Made by a program: the position numbers and the translations under genes. The notes below the pieces were generated by a model. It searched no databases and was not told the DNA's origin. It saw nothing but the letters and a program-made list of their open reading frames with translations. From positions 17,954-81,953 of IMG/VR virus record IMGVR_UViG_3300027896_000022: a stretch of DNA of 64,000 nt. One strand, 5' to 3'. The stretch comes from a virus. Its lineage: Duplodnaviria > Heunggongvirae > Uroviricota > Caudoviricetes. Position 1 is the stretch's first letter, and every line of letters starts with the position of its first letter. This document shows, piece by piece, positions 55,386 through 64,000 of the stretch.

Positions 55386-56390
55386 AACAAAAGCGAAGAC
55401 TATTACGGTGGAAGATACGCGCGCGTTGCAGCTGATTATGCAATTGGTGCAGCCTCATTTACTGTAACTGGAGCAGGTTCCAGTTCAGGTTACATATTTT
55501 CAATTGGTGATGTCGTTAAAAATGCCCGCACTGGTGAAAATATGTTGGTTACAGCTGTTGCTGCCAATACGATTACTATTACTAAAGCATTTGGTACTAC
55601 AGCTGATTCAGCTGGTTTAGCTGGCGATGGAATTTTCATCGTTGGTAATGCCAATGAAGAAAACTCGGGTGCTCGCAGTGTGAACTCCACACAGAGCACA
55701 CCGCAGACCAACTACACTCAGATATTTAAAACAACCATTGCTTTGTCTAACACTGAAAAGGAAGCCAATCTCTATGGAGGTAAAGACTTGCCTTATCAGA
55801 GAGCTAAGAAAGGCACTGAACATGCTTTGGATATTGAACGTGCATTTTGGTTTGGTCAGAAGAATTATGCCGCTGGCTTCAATGGCCCACAAGGCCATCC
55901 GAGACGCCAGACTGGTGGTGTTTTGGAATTCATTGAAGGGGGAAATTCCTATGTTCAGAATCAGGGTGGTGCTTTGACTGCTCCGGATTTGAACACTTTC
56001 TTGCGTGAAGGTTTCACTTATGGCAACTCTGAAAAGATGTTGTTCTGCGGTGGTTACGTCTTGCAAGCTATTAACGAAATTGCTCGTGGACAAATTTTGA
56101 TGAAACCGGTTGAGTCTACCTATGGGATGAAAATTTCTCAATGGGTGACCGCTTTCGGGACTGTCAATATTGTCCATAATCCGCTTTTTGTTGAAGAGTA
56201 CGCCGGTTATGCGTTCTTGCTGGATATGGAAAGCTTCAGATATCGCTTTATGAATAATCGCGATACTCAGTTGCAGACCAATATTCAAGCTCCGGATGCT
56301 GACGGCGAGGTGGATCAATACATCACTGAGTGCGGTCTTGAGAGAAAACAGTCTCCGAGACATGCTTTACTTAAGGGTGTCTTATCCTGA
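55380..56390 (+). CDS. Major capsid protein exon 2. The true exon start is a few nt downstream of 55380.
   Basis: 336-aa ORF following the intron. It is Gly/Thr/Asn-rich like capsid proteins, and its position follows the scaffold. Confidence 0.5.
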   Translation: MSNKSEDYYGGRYARVAADYAIGAASFTVTGAGSSSGYIFSIGDVVKNARTGENMLVTAVAANTITITKAFGTTADSAGLAGDGIFIVGNANEENSGARSVNSTQSTPQTNYTQIFKTTIALSNTEKEANLYGGKDLPYQRAKKGTEHALDIERAFWFGQKNYAAGFNGPQGHPRRQTGGVLEFIEGGNSYVQNQGGALTAPDLNTFLREGFTYGNSEKMLFCGGYVLQAINEIARGQILMKPVESTYGMKISQWVTAFGTVNIVHNPLFVEEYAGYAFLLDMESFRYRFMNNRDTQLQTNIQAPDADGEVDQYITECGLERKQSPRHALLKGVLS

Positions 56391-56545
56391 AGTAATTTAG
56401 TTTCTTAATTTTCATCGAGTTAAGATATTCACTACCCGGCGGCCTGAAGAAAAATGGCTGCCGGGTAGGGGCCTGAGTCCCCTACCCCGACATGGCTACG
56501 GGTCATTAGCCGGTTTAATAAATCGATGTTTAATCAAATAAGAAT

Positions 56546-57280
56546 ATGCCAAGTTTAGAACAAATACGCACTCGCAAATATTTGACTAGAGGTGTTGTTG
56601 GCCAGGTATGCGCTGACAATTCTGTGATATTTACGATGCGTTATATTGGCGGTGGTACGGTTACTTCGGTAATTACAACTGCTGCTACTGACATAACAAT
56701 GGTAACGGTTGTTGGCACTACCACTTATACAGATGCTTATACTTGGGCTGCTTATAATACCGTTGAGAAATTAGTGGCTGCAATTAATGCTGATGGCAGA
56801 TTTGAAGCCAAAGTTATGGATTGTTTGTCCACGACAGCTACGGCTGCAAACTTTGTTATCGGTGCAACTTTAGCAGTAGATGCTAACGGTAATTATGATA
56901 TTTTGGGTGATACTAGCAATATTCTCTTTATGGCCTATCGTCTGACCTATGATCGGACTTTTAATACAAATGCAAAAGTTCGAGGAAGCCATAGAGTTGC
57001 CATTCAGGAAATAGTCACTACGTTGACTCTAGGTGGAGCTCATGTGAACACATTCAAGATTTATGAATGTACTCCTGGCGGTAATTCTGAGTCTTATCCT
57101 TCATCTGAAACTTTGATTTATCAAAAGTCTCCGGTGACTGGTACGACTTCAACTTTGAATTGGGCTAGCGGAAATAGTGAGATTACCAGCAATGAAGGCA
57201 ATGATTTATTGTTAGTCATTTCTGATAGCGTATCTTTTGGAGCTTCTGATGTTGTTACGGTTACTGGTAAAGCAGAATAG
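56546..57280 (+). CDS. Structural protein, paralog A
   Basis: It starts MPSLEQIRTRKYLTRGVVGQV and contains IGGGTVTSVITTAATDIT. Confidence 0.5.
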   Translation: MPSLEQIRTRKYLTRGVVGQVCADNSVIFTMRYIGGGTVTSVITTAATDITMVTVVGTTTYTDAYTWAAYNTVEKLVAAINADGRFEAKVMDCLSTTATAANFVIGATLAVDANGNYDILGDTSNILFMAYRLTYDRTFNTNAKVRGSHRVAIQEIVTTLTLGGAHVNTFKIYECTPGGNSESYPSSETLIYQKSPVTGTTSTLNWASGNSEITSNEGNDLLLVISDSVSFGASDVVTVTGKAE

Positions 57281-57429
57281 TTATAAATTCCTAATTTTCA
57301 TTGAGTTAGGATATTCGTACGGAGCGGTCCGAAGAAATAATGATCGCTTTATAGAAACAAGATTTCTATCCCGACATGGCCACGGGTTATTGGCCGGTCT
57401 AATTAATCAATGTTTAATAAAATAAGAAT

Positions 57430-58170
57430 ATGCCAAGTTTAAACGAATCATACATCAGACATGAATTGACCAGAGGTGTTATTGGTCAAGTGCTTGATGA
57501 TGCGCCTGTATTATTTAAATTAAAGTATATTGGTGGTGGCACAGTTACTTCGGTAATTGTAACTGCTGCTACTGATATTACGTTAGTTTCATCCTATGCT
57601 GGCACTACCAGCACTGATGCTTTTCATTGGGCGGCTCCAGCAACTTATACTACCGTTCGTCTGATGGTTGATGCTATTAATAATACGGGAAGATGGGAAG
57701 CTAAAATCATGGATGCCTTATCTACTACTACTTTAGGTGCTAACTTAATGATAGGCGGGACCTTAGTAGTAAATGCTGATGGAGAATATGAAGTAGTGTC
57801 TGATACTAGTAATGCCAAATTTATGGCTTACAGATTGTCTTATGACAGAACTTTCAAGAATACCAGATCGTTAAGAAATGGTCATAGAGTAAGCATTAAA
57901 GAAATCGTCACTAATCTTACTTTGGGTGGTGGCGCTGACACAAATTCATTTAAGATTTATGAGTGTACTCCAGGTGGCAATACTGCACCTTATGGTGGAG
58001 CTGAAATTTTAGTTCTGCAAAGAACGCCGACCACTGGTAGTGCTGAAACTGTTACTTGGGCTTCGGGCAAAGGTAAAATTACTGCCGAAGAAGGTAATGA
58101 TTTATTAACTATCATTACTGATTCCGGTAGTATTACCGGCTCTATAACAGTTAATGGTGAATTAGAATAG
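57430..58170 (+). CDS. Structural protein, paralog B
   Basis: It starts MPSLNESYIRHELTRGVIGQV and is colinear with 56546-57280. Confidence 0.5.
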   Translation: MPSLNESYIRHELTRGVIGQVLDDAPVLFKLKYIGGGTVTSVIVTAATDITLVSSYAGTTSTDAFHWAAPATYTTVRLMVDAINNTGRWEAKIMDALSTTTLGANLMIGGTLVVNADGEYEVVSDTSNAKFMAYRLSYDRTFKNTRSLRNGHRVSIKEIVTNLTLGGGADTNSFKIYECTPGGNTAPYGGAEILVLQRTPTTGSAETVTWASGKGKITAEEGNDLLTIITDSGSITGSITVNGELE

Positions 58171-58272
58171 TTTAGGGTTTGTAGATAGTCAAACCTCGGG
58201 GGTGAGGAAGGCGAAAGTTATAAATCGCCTTCCTCATTAAGAGGAATATGAATAATAATTAATTTTAAAACT

Positions 58273-58812
58273 ATGAAATTTGTTTCCAAGAATTCAAATC
58301 TTAGAGTTGTTTTAAGACCAGGTATTCCGGCAAATCAAATGTCAGGAATTGCGGGTCAGCCTGGATTATATGTCAAATTCCAGAATGGAATTGTAGACAT
58401 AAAAGATGAAGATTTAATAAAGAAAATGCACGATCATCCTGGTTTTAATACTGATTATATTGCGGTTGACGATAACGGAGAGGATCCGTTTGCTGCGCAA
58501 AGAGAGGAGATAGAACCAGTTCATGTCCTTCAAGATATAAGATATGGACATGCTGAAAATAAAAGATTATCTCCAAACAGAAAAATTAGGATTGATCCTC
58601 AAGTTCAAAAATTAGTTGATGACTTGGCGGTTAAAAAGGTTAATGAAATGCTACCTAAAATGGTGGAAGAAACTGTTAAAAAAATGATTGAGATGGCTGA
58701 TGCTAAAGCTAAAGTTAAACAGGAATCTTCTGAAAAAAATGAAGAGGTTGAAGTGGAATTAGAAGAGGAACCAGTTGCAAAAAAAATAGGCAGGCCTAAA
58801 AAGGTAGAATAG
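58273..58812 (+). CDS. Hypothetical structural-module protein
   Basis: 179-aa ORF. Confidence 0.45.
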   Translation: MKFVSKNSNLRVVLRPGIPANQMSGIAGQPGLYVKFQNGIVDIKDEDLIKKMHDHPGFNTDYIAVDDNGEDPFAAQREEIEPVHVLQDIRYGHAENKRLSPNRKIRIDPQVQKLVDDLAVKKVNEMLPKMVEETVKKMIEMADAKAKVKQESSEKNEEVEVELEEEPVAKKIGRPKKVE

Positions 58813-58900
58813 TAAATCTTTTTAAATTTTTTCCTTCGGGTCATAAATTGATTTTTTAATTAATTAGTTTTTTAAATTAAATAAATTAATACTCAAAATT

Positions 58901-59455
58901 ATGACTAATTTTGTATATGACCCGAAGAGACAAGGGTACGACACAAATCTTTTCAAGACTTTGGTTGGAGTTCCAGCAGTAGTAGGTAATCATGTAATTT
59001 TAAATGCTACTGAAATAGTTGGTTATGCGGATATGTACGGATGTGACTTGACGATGCGTTTAATTATTCCAGCTGCACCTAAAGCTGGTGATGTTCGCCA
59101 ATTTGGTCTTGCAAGCGCTGCTTTTGGATCTTTGATAGTATTTGATATTACTGATGCTGTTTTTTCTATTTTGGCGACAAACGAACAAGGAGACACAAAA
59201 AGTGAAGTAGTGACATTTGATGCAGCATGGGCTGCCACTCCAGTTGATTTTGAAATCAGATGGAGAGGTACTTATGCTGATTTTTTAATTAGGGGAATAA
59301 ATGTTGTTACACCAGCAAATGTTTACGGTGCAACATATAGAATTACGGATGTGGCTATTCCGAAAGGTCCTTTAAGCATGTATTTTTTGAATGGGGTTGC
59401 TGATAATATGGAAATTGTTTCTATTAATGGAAAAAATATTCAAACATTTATATAA
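58901..59455 (+). CDS. Hypothetical structural-module protein
   Basis: 184-aa ORF. Confidence 0.45.
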   Translation: MTNFVYDPKRQGYDTNLFKTLVGVPAVVGNHVILNATEIVGYADMYGCDLTMRLIIPAAPKAGDVRQFGLASAAFGSLIVFDITDAVFSILATNEQGDTKSEVVTFDAAWAATPVDFEIRWRGTYADFLIRGINVVTPANVYGATYRITDVAIPKGPLSMYFLNGVADNMEIVSINGKNIQTFI

Positions 59456-59472
59456 TTAATTTTTAAAAAAAT

Positions 59473-62400
59473 ATGTCTTTACCTATTTATGTTCCGATAG
59501 CAGCCCCGGGAGGTGTAGGTGGTTCTACTGGTTATACAGGTTACACTGGTTACACTGGTGATGCCGGATCAGCAACTGATACTGGTGCTACCGGTTACAC
59601 TGGTTATACTGGTTACACTGGTTACACTGGTGATCCAGGAGCGGCAACTAATACCGGTGCCACTGGCTACACTGGTTATATTGGTGATACTGGTTACACT
59701 GGTTATACTGGTGCTGGTGCTTTTACGGGCGCTACTGGTTACACTGGCTACACTGGTAGAACAGGTTATACGGGTTATACAGGTTATACAGGTGATGCTG
59801 GTAATATAGGTCACACTGGTTACACTGGCCCTACTGGTTACACTGGCTATACTGGAGAAGGAGCTTTCACTGGTTATACTGGCTACACGAGTTATACTGG
59901 TTATACCGGTTATACTGGTGATGCTGGATCGGCGACTGATACAGGTGCTACCGGCTACACTGGTGCTACTGGTTACACTGGTTACACTGGTGCTGGTGGT
60001 TTTACTGGTTATACTGGTTACACAGGTGCTGGTGCTTTTACTGGTTATACAGGTTACACTGGTCCTCTTGGTGCTACTGGTGATACGGGCAATAAAGGAA
60101 ATCAAGGTCCTACTGGTTTTACTGGTTTTACTGGTTACACTGGTTATACTGGAGTAGGTGCTTTTACTGGTTATACTGGTTATACTGGATATACTGGTTA
60201 CACAGGAGATACTGGTTATACAGGTTATACTGGTTATACTGGTGCTGGTGCTTTTACTGGTTATACTGGCTACACCGGTGAAACAGGTTATACTGGCTAC
60301 ACTGGCTATACTGGTGATACAGGTGCTGGTGCTTTTACAGGATATACTGGATATACTGGTGAAACAGGTTATACTGGCTACACTGGTTATACTGGTGATA
60401 CAGGTGCTGGTGCTTTCACGGGATATACGGGATATACTGGTGACACTGGTGATATCGGAGATCAAGGTGACACTGGTTACACTGGTTATACAGGTTACAT
60501 TGGTTACACTGGCTACACTGGTGACACTGGAGATCAAGGTGATACAGGCTACACTGGTGACACTGGAGATATTGGCTATACTGGCTACACTGGTGACACT
60601 GGAGATCAAGGTGATACAGGCTACACTGGTGACACTGGAGATATTGGCTATACTGGCTATACTGGAGACACTGGAGATAAAGGTGATACAGGCTACACTG
60701 GTGACACAGGTGACATAGGTTATACTGGTTACACTGGTTATACTGGATATGGTGACACTGGATATACAGGTGATACAGGTGATACAGGAAATCAAGGTGA
60801 TACTGGTTACACTGGTTATACTGGATATACAGGTGATACAGGTGATACAGGAAATCAAGGTGATACTGGTTACACTGGTTATACTGGATATACAGGTGAT
60901 ACAGGTGATACAGGAAATCAAGGTGATACTGGTTACACTGGTTACACTGGTTATACAGGTGACACTGGTGATACGGGAAATCAAGGTGATACTGGTTACA
61001 CTGGTTATACTGGATATACAGGTGATACAGGTGATACAGGAAATCAAGGTGATACTGGTTACACCGGTTACACTGGTTATACAGGTGACACTGGTGATAC
61101 GGGAAATCAAGGTGATACTGGTGACACCGGAGACCAAGGTGACACAGGCTATACTGGCTACACTGGCTATACTGGATATGGCGACACTGGCTATACTGGT
61201 GACACTGGAGATCAAGGTTCTACTGGTTATACTGGCTACACTGGATATGGCGACACTGGCTATACTGGTTACACTGGTTATACTGGTGATAAAGGAGATG
61301 CAGCACTTACTGGTGCCACTGGTTACACTGGCTATGTTGGTTATACTGGTGATACTGGAGATCCAGGATCAGCAACTGATACTGGTGCCACAGGCTATAC
61401 TGGTTATACTGGTGATACTGGTTACACTGGCTATATAGGTTATACAGGCTTTACGGGTTATACTGGTTATACAGGTGATACCGGTGCTGGTGCTTTTACG
61501 GGTTATACAGGTTATACAGGTCGTACAGGATATACTGGCTATACTGGTTATACAGGTGCTGGTGCTTTTACTGGTTACACAGGTTATACAGGTGATACAG
61601 GTTATACTGGTTACACTGGTCGCACTGGCTATACGGGTTATACTGGTTATACTGGTACTACGGGATATACTGGTAGAACTGGTTATACAGGTTACACGGG
61701 TTATACTGGCTATACAGGTTATACCGGTGCTGGTGCTTTTACAGGCTATACTGGTTATACTGGTACTACAGGATATACTGGATATAGTGGTTATACTGGT
61801 ACTACCGGATATACTGGTTATACTGGTCCTGGTGCTTACACTGGCTACACTGGATACACTGGATATACTGGTTATACTGGTCCTGGTGCTTATACTGGCT
61901 ATACTGGATACACTGGATATACTGGTTATACTGGTGCTGGTGCTTATACTGGTTATACTGGATATAGTGGTTACACTGGTACTACAGGATATACGGGATA
62001 TACTGGTTATACTGGTGCAGGAGCTTTTACTGGCTACACTGGTTATAGTGGTTACACTGGTCCCACAGGTTACACTGGCTACACTGGTCGCACTGGCTAC
62101 ACTGGTACTACTGGTTATACTGGTTATACAGGTACTGGTGCTTTTACTGGATATACTGGATATACTGGTGGAACAGGTTATACTGGTTATACTGGACCAG
62201 GTGCTTACACAGGTTACACGGGTTATACTGGCTATACAGGTTATACTGGAGGAACTGGTGCTGGTGCCTTTACGGGTTATACTGGTTATACTGGCTACAC
62301 TGGTTACACTGGCTATACGGGTGCTGGTGCTTACACTGGCTACACTGGTTACACGGGTTATACGGGCCGCACAGGTTATACTGGTTACACGGGTTATACA

Positions 62401-62982
62401 GGTGATGCTGGTAACGTAGGCCATACGGGTTATACAGGTTATACAGGTACTACAGGTTATACAGGCTACACTGGTATTGGAGTTACTGGCTACACTGGTT
62501 ATACTGGACCTCAAATATTAACTACTTCAACAACGACGAACTTAACTGGTTTCATAAAAGGAAACGGGTCTGTTCTTAGTGCTGATAATACAACTTATGC
62601 ACCATTAGCTTCTCCTGTTTTTACCGGGAAAGCGACTATGAGTGGGAGTGATACAATTGGTAATATTTATAATCCTGATACTGGAGCTAAAAATGTTACG
62701 ATAGATTGTTCTACCCATAATATGCATATTGTTAATGGCCATACGGATGGAACGGCTATCACCTTCTTAGTGTCTAATGCCACTAATAATCAAGTATTCA
62801 TTGTTTCTGTTCTTCAAGGATCTGGAACAGTTTCAACGATTTCAGGATGGTTTGCTACAGTTAGATGGGTAGGAGGAACTACTCCAACTCTTACGGCAAC
62901 TCTTAATAAAAGAGATACTTTTGGATTTATTAGAACAGGTACAAATACTTATGATGGGTTTATAATCGGGCAAAATTGTTAA
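59473..62982 (+). CDS. Collagen-like Gly-X-Y repeat fiber protein of 1169 aa, with a C-terminal ~155-aa non-repetitive beta-rich domain. It is a candidate tail fiber or receptor-binding protein.
   Basis: About 1000 residues are uninterrupted G-X-Y triplets, mostly G-Y-T, with G-D-T, G-A-G and G-N-Q also present. The non-collagen C-terminus begins [21 protein letters not shown]. Confidence 0.7.
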   Translation: MSLPIYVPIAAPGGVGGSTGYTGYTGYTGDAGSATDTGATGYTGYTGYTGYTGDPGAATNTGATGYTGYIGDTGYTGYTGAGAFTGATGYTGYTGRTGYTGYTGYTGDAGNIGHTGYTGPTGYTGYTGEGAFTGYTGYTSYTGYTGYTGDAGSATDTGATGYTGATGYTGYTGAGGFTGYTGYTGAGAFTGYTGYTGPLGATGDTGNKGNQGPTGFTGFTGYTGYTGVGAFTGYTGYTGYTGYTGDTGYTGYTGYTGAGAFTGYTGYTGETGYTGYTGYTGDTGAGAFTGYTGYTGETGYTGYTGYTGDTGAGAFTGYTGYTGDTGDIGDQGDTGYTGYTGYIGYTGYTGDTGDQGDTGYTGDTGDIGYTGYTGDTGDQGDTGYTGDTGDIGYTGYTGDTGDKGDTGYTGDTGDIGYTGYTGYTGYGDTGYTGDTGDTGNQGDTGYTGYTGYTGDTGDTGNQGDTGYTGYTGYTGDTGDTGNQGDTGYTGYTGYTGDTGDTGNQGDTGYTGYTGYTGDTGDTGNQGDTGYTGYTGYTGDTGDTGNQGDTGDTGDQGDTGYTGYTGYTGYGDTGYTGDTGDQGSTGYTGYTGYGDTGYTGYTGYTGDKGDAALTGATGYTGYVGYTGDTGDPGSATDTGATGYTGYTGDTGYTGYIGYTGFTGYTGYTGDTGAGAFTGYTGYTGRTGYTGYTGYTGAGAFTGYTGYTGDTGYTGYTGRTGYTGYTGYTGTTGYTGRTGYTGYTGYTGYTGYTGAGAFTGYTGYTGTTGYTGYSGYTGTTGYTGYTGPGAYTGYTGYTGYTGYTGPGAYTGYTGYTGYTGYTGAGAYTGYTGYSGYTGTTGYTGYTGYTGAGAFTGYTGYSGYTGPTGYTGYTGRTGYTGTTGYTGYTGTGAFTGYTGYTGGTGYTGYTGPGAYTGYTGYTGYTGYTGGTGAGAFTGYTGYTGYTGYTGYTGAGAYTGYTGYTGYTGRTGYTGYTGYTGDAGNVGHTGYTGYTGTTGYTGYTGIGVTGYTGYTGPQILTTSTTTNLTGFIKGNGSVLSADNTTYAPLASPVFTGKATMSGSDTIGNIYNPDTGAKNVTIDCSTHNMHIVNGHTDGTAITFLVSNATNNQVFIVSVLQGSGTVSTISGWFATVRWVGGTTPTLTATLNKRDTFGFIRTGTNTYDGFIIGQNC
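60760..61140 (+). repeat. Six near-identical tandem 63-nt repeats inside the collagen-like gene, each encoding [21 protein letters not shown]
   Basis: Direct reading shows ggttacactggttatactggatatacaggtgatacaggtgatacaggaaatcaaggtgatact repeated with 0-3 substitutions. Confidence 0.8.
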
Positions 62983-63018
62983 GTTGCAGGTTAAATTTAA
63001 ATTATAATAATATAAACT

Positions 63019-64000
63019 ATGAATTTAAAACCAAATTTTAGTGTTTGTTTTATTGGCCGCAATGAAGGTGCGGTATTGCAAAAAGCTCTTGATTCTTTAA
63101 AAGATTTTAAAGAGAAAGGCGGTGAAATATGCCTTCTTTCTACGGGAAGCACTGATAACACTGTCCAAATAGCCAAAGATTTTGGATGTAAAACTGAAGA
63201 AGTTGGTTCTAAGTTCATGATGACATTGACGAAAGAGCAGGCAGAAGGGATCAATAAGACATTTTTAGTTGAAGAGGAAGAACCGATAGTAAAAGAAGGC
63301 GGAAAGTTGTTTGATTTTGCTTCAGCCAGAAATTATTGTGCTGATAATTTGGCTACAAACGATATGGTGGCCTGGCTGGATTGCGATGAGGCTTATACGG
63401 CACTTAATGTAGAGGCAATTTGCAAGCTTATTGATGAAGGTATTGAACAATTTGAATATCAATTTGTCTTTTCACACGATTGGGCGAATAATCCGCTTTT
63501 GCAATTTGTTCAAAGCAAATTTTACAATAAGAAAAAGATGAAATGGACAGGAGTTGTCCATGAAGTGATAAGTGGCGGTGGAAAAAGGCAATATTTGACA
63601 GAAGATGTGTTAAAAAATGAACATTGGCAAAATGGCGGGACAAATAGGGCCGGTTATCTTGTAGGTTTGGCATTGGATTGTTATGAAAATCAAGGGAAAG
63701 ACAGACAAAGTCATTATTTTGCCCGTGAATTGATGTGGCATGATAGGCCCAAGTCTGCTATCAAGGAATTTGAACGTTATTTAAAAATATCTTGGTGGAA
63801 ACCAGAAAGAAGCCAATCGATGGTTTACATTGGTGATTGTTATAAGAAGTTAGGGGAACCAGAAAAGGCTGTGGAATGGTATCATAAGGCTTTTCAAGAA
63901 GAATCTGCCCGCAGAGAGCCGTTGATTAAATTGGCTGAATATTATAATACCAAAAAAGACTTGCAAAGAATCATTTGTTATTGTAAAGCGGCCTTGGAAA
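63019..64000 (+). CDS. Family-2 glycosyltransferase with C-terminal TPR-like region. It is partial and continues beyond the window.
   Basis: The ATG at 63019 opens a frame that runs to the window end. The N-terminal SVCFIGRNEGAVLQKALDSL...LSTGSTDNT is a GT2 signature and DCDE is DXD-like. It is absent from the ORF track because no stop falls within the window. Confidence 0.55.
   Translation, partial: MNLKPNFSVCFIGRNEGAVLQKALDSLKDFKEKGGEICLLSTGSTDNTVQIAKDFGCKTEEVGSKFMMTLTKEQAEGINKTFLVEEEEPIVKEGGKLFDFASARNYCADNLATNDMVAWLDCDEAYTALNVEAICKLIDEGIEQFEYQFVFSHDWANNPLLQFVQSKFYNKKKMKWTGVVHEVISGGGKRQYLTEDVLKNEHWQNGGTNRAGYLVGLALDCYENQGKDRQSHYFARELMWHDRPKSAIKEFERYLKISWWKPERSQSMVYIGDCYKKLGEPEKAVEWYHKAFQEESARREPLIKLAEYYNTKKDLQRIICYCKAALE

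Noticed and set aside
59569-61215. 548-aa minus-strand ORF, plus several 80-300-aa ORFs on both strands across 59.5-62.5 kb
   Set aside because: They are artefacts of the codon-periodic collagen-like repeat. Their translations are low-complexity Ser/Thr/Ile/Leu/Val strings, and the + strand G-X-Y frame is clearly the real gene.
59473-62500. Highly regular short tandem repeats that could be mistaken for a CRISPR array or satellite
   Set aside because: The unit is 9 nt (GGTTAYACT-like) in phase with a long ORF, with no unique spacers. It is a coding G-X-Y repeat, not CRISPR.
1-64000. Integrase, recombinase or transposase genes, and CRISPR-Cas or restriction-modification systems
   Set aside because: No tyrosine or serine recombinase motifs, DDE transposase, Cas, or restriction-modification-type methylase and endonuclease pairs were recognised by eye. 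The MTases present cluster with glycosyltransferases and look like small-molecule or glycan MTases.

Overview
This window reads as a low-GC, AT-rich segment of a tailed dsDNA phage or prophage-like mobile genome, with gene blocks alternating in strand. 13-4110 (+): one giant ORF carrying a beta-prime-like DxDGD motif, a candidate non-canonical RNA polymerase. 4107-17388 (-): a DNA-metabolism block with peptide deformylase, SbcC and SbcD, an HNH endonuclease, a RuvC-like resolvase, an SNF2 helicase, an Rpf-like transglycosylase and several small zinc-finger proteins. About 14.3-14.76 kb: a GC-rich non-coding island holding a hand-folded tRNA-Gly(TCC) on the minus strand. 17.8-24.2 kb (+): replication and recombination genes, including a primase-helicase and RecA. 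24.2-31.6 kb (+): an operon-like cluster of SAM-dependent methyltransferases and glycosyltransferases. Further + strand genes are an SPFH/prohibitin gene followed by an HNH gene that duplicates the prohibitin C-terminal tail, and a class-II tRNA with encoded CCA (anticodon GTA, Tyr). About 33.9-34.5 kb: an iteron-rich region with GC hairpins that is a candidate origin. 34.5-40.5 kb (-): a block with a class-II glutamine amidotransferase next to a large unknown enzyme-like ORF, a possible amidoligase-type modification cassette. 41-64 kb (+): the morphogenesis module, with an HU-like protein, a 1062-aa protein, terminase large subunit, histidine phosphatase, putative portal and putative scaffold. 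The major capsid gene is split by a group I intron that carries a LAGLIDADG homing endonuclease. Downstream are two tandem paralogs with conserved structured 5' leaders, a 1169-aa Gly-Tyr-Thr collagen-like repeat fiber protein with near-perfect tandem DNA repeats, and a GT2 glycosyltransferase. Several sigma70-type promoters (TTGACA-17-TATAAT) recur as a near-identical ~30-mer. No integrase or CRISPR array was seen. All calls are from manual reading; tRNA, intron and domain assignments need tool confirmation.
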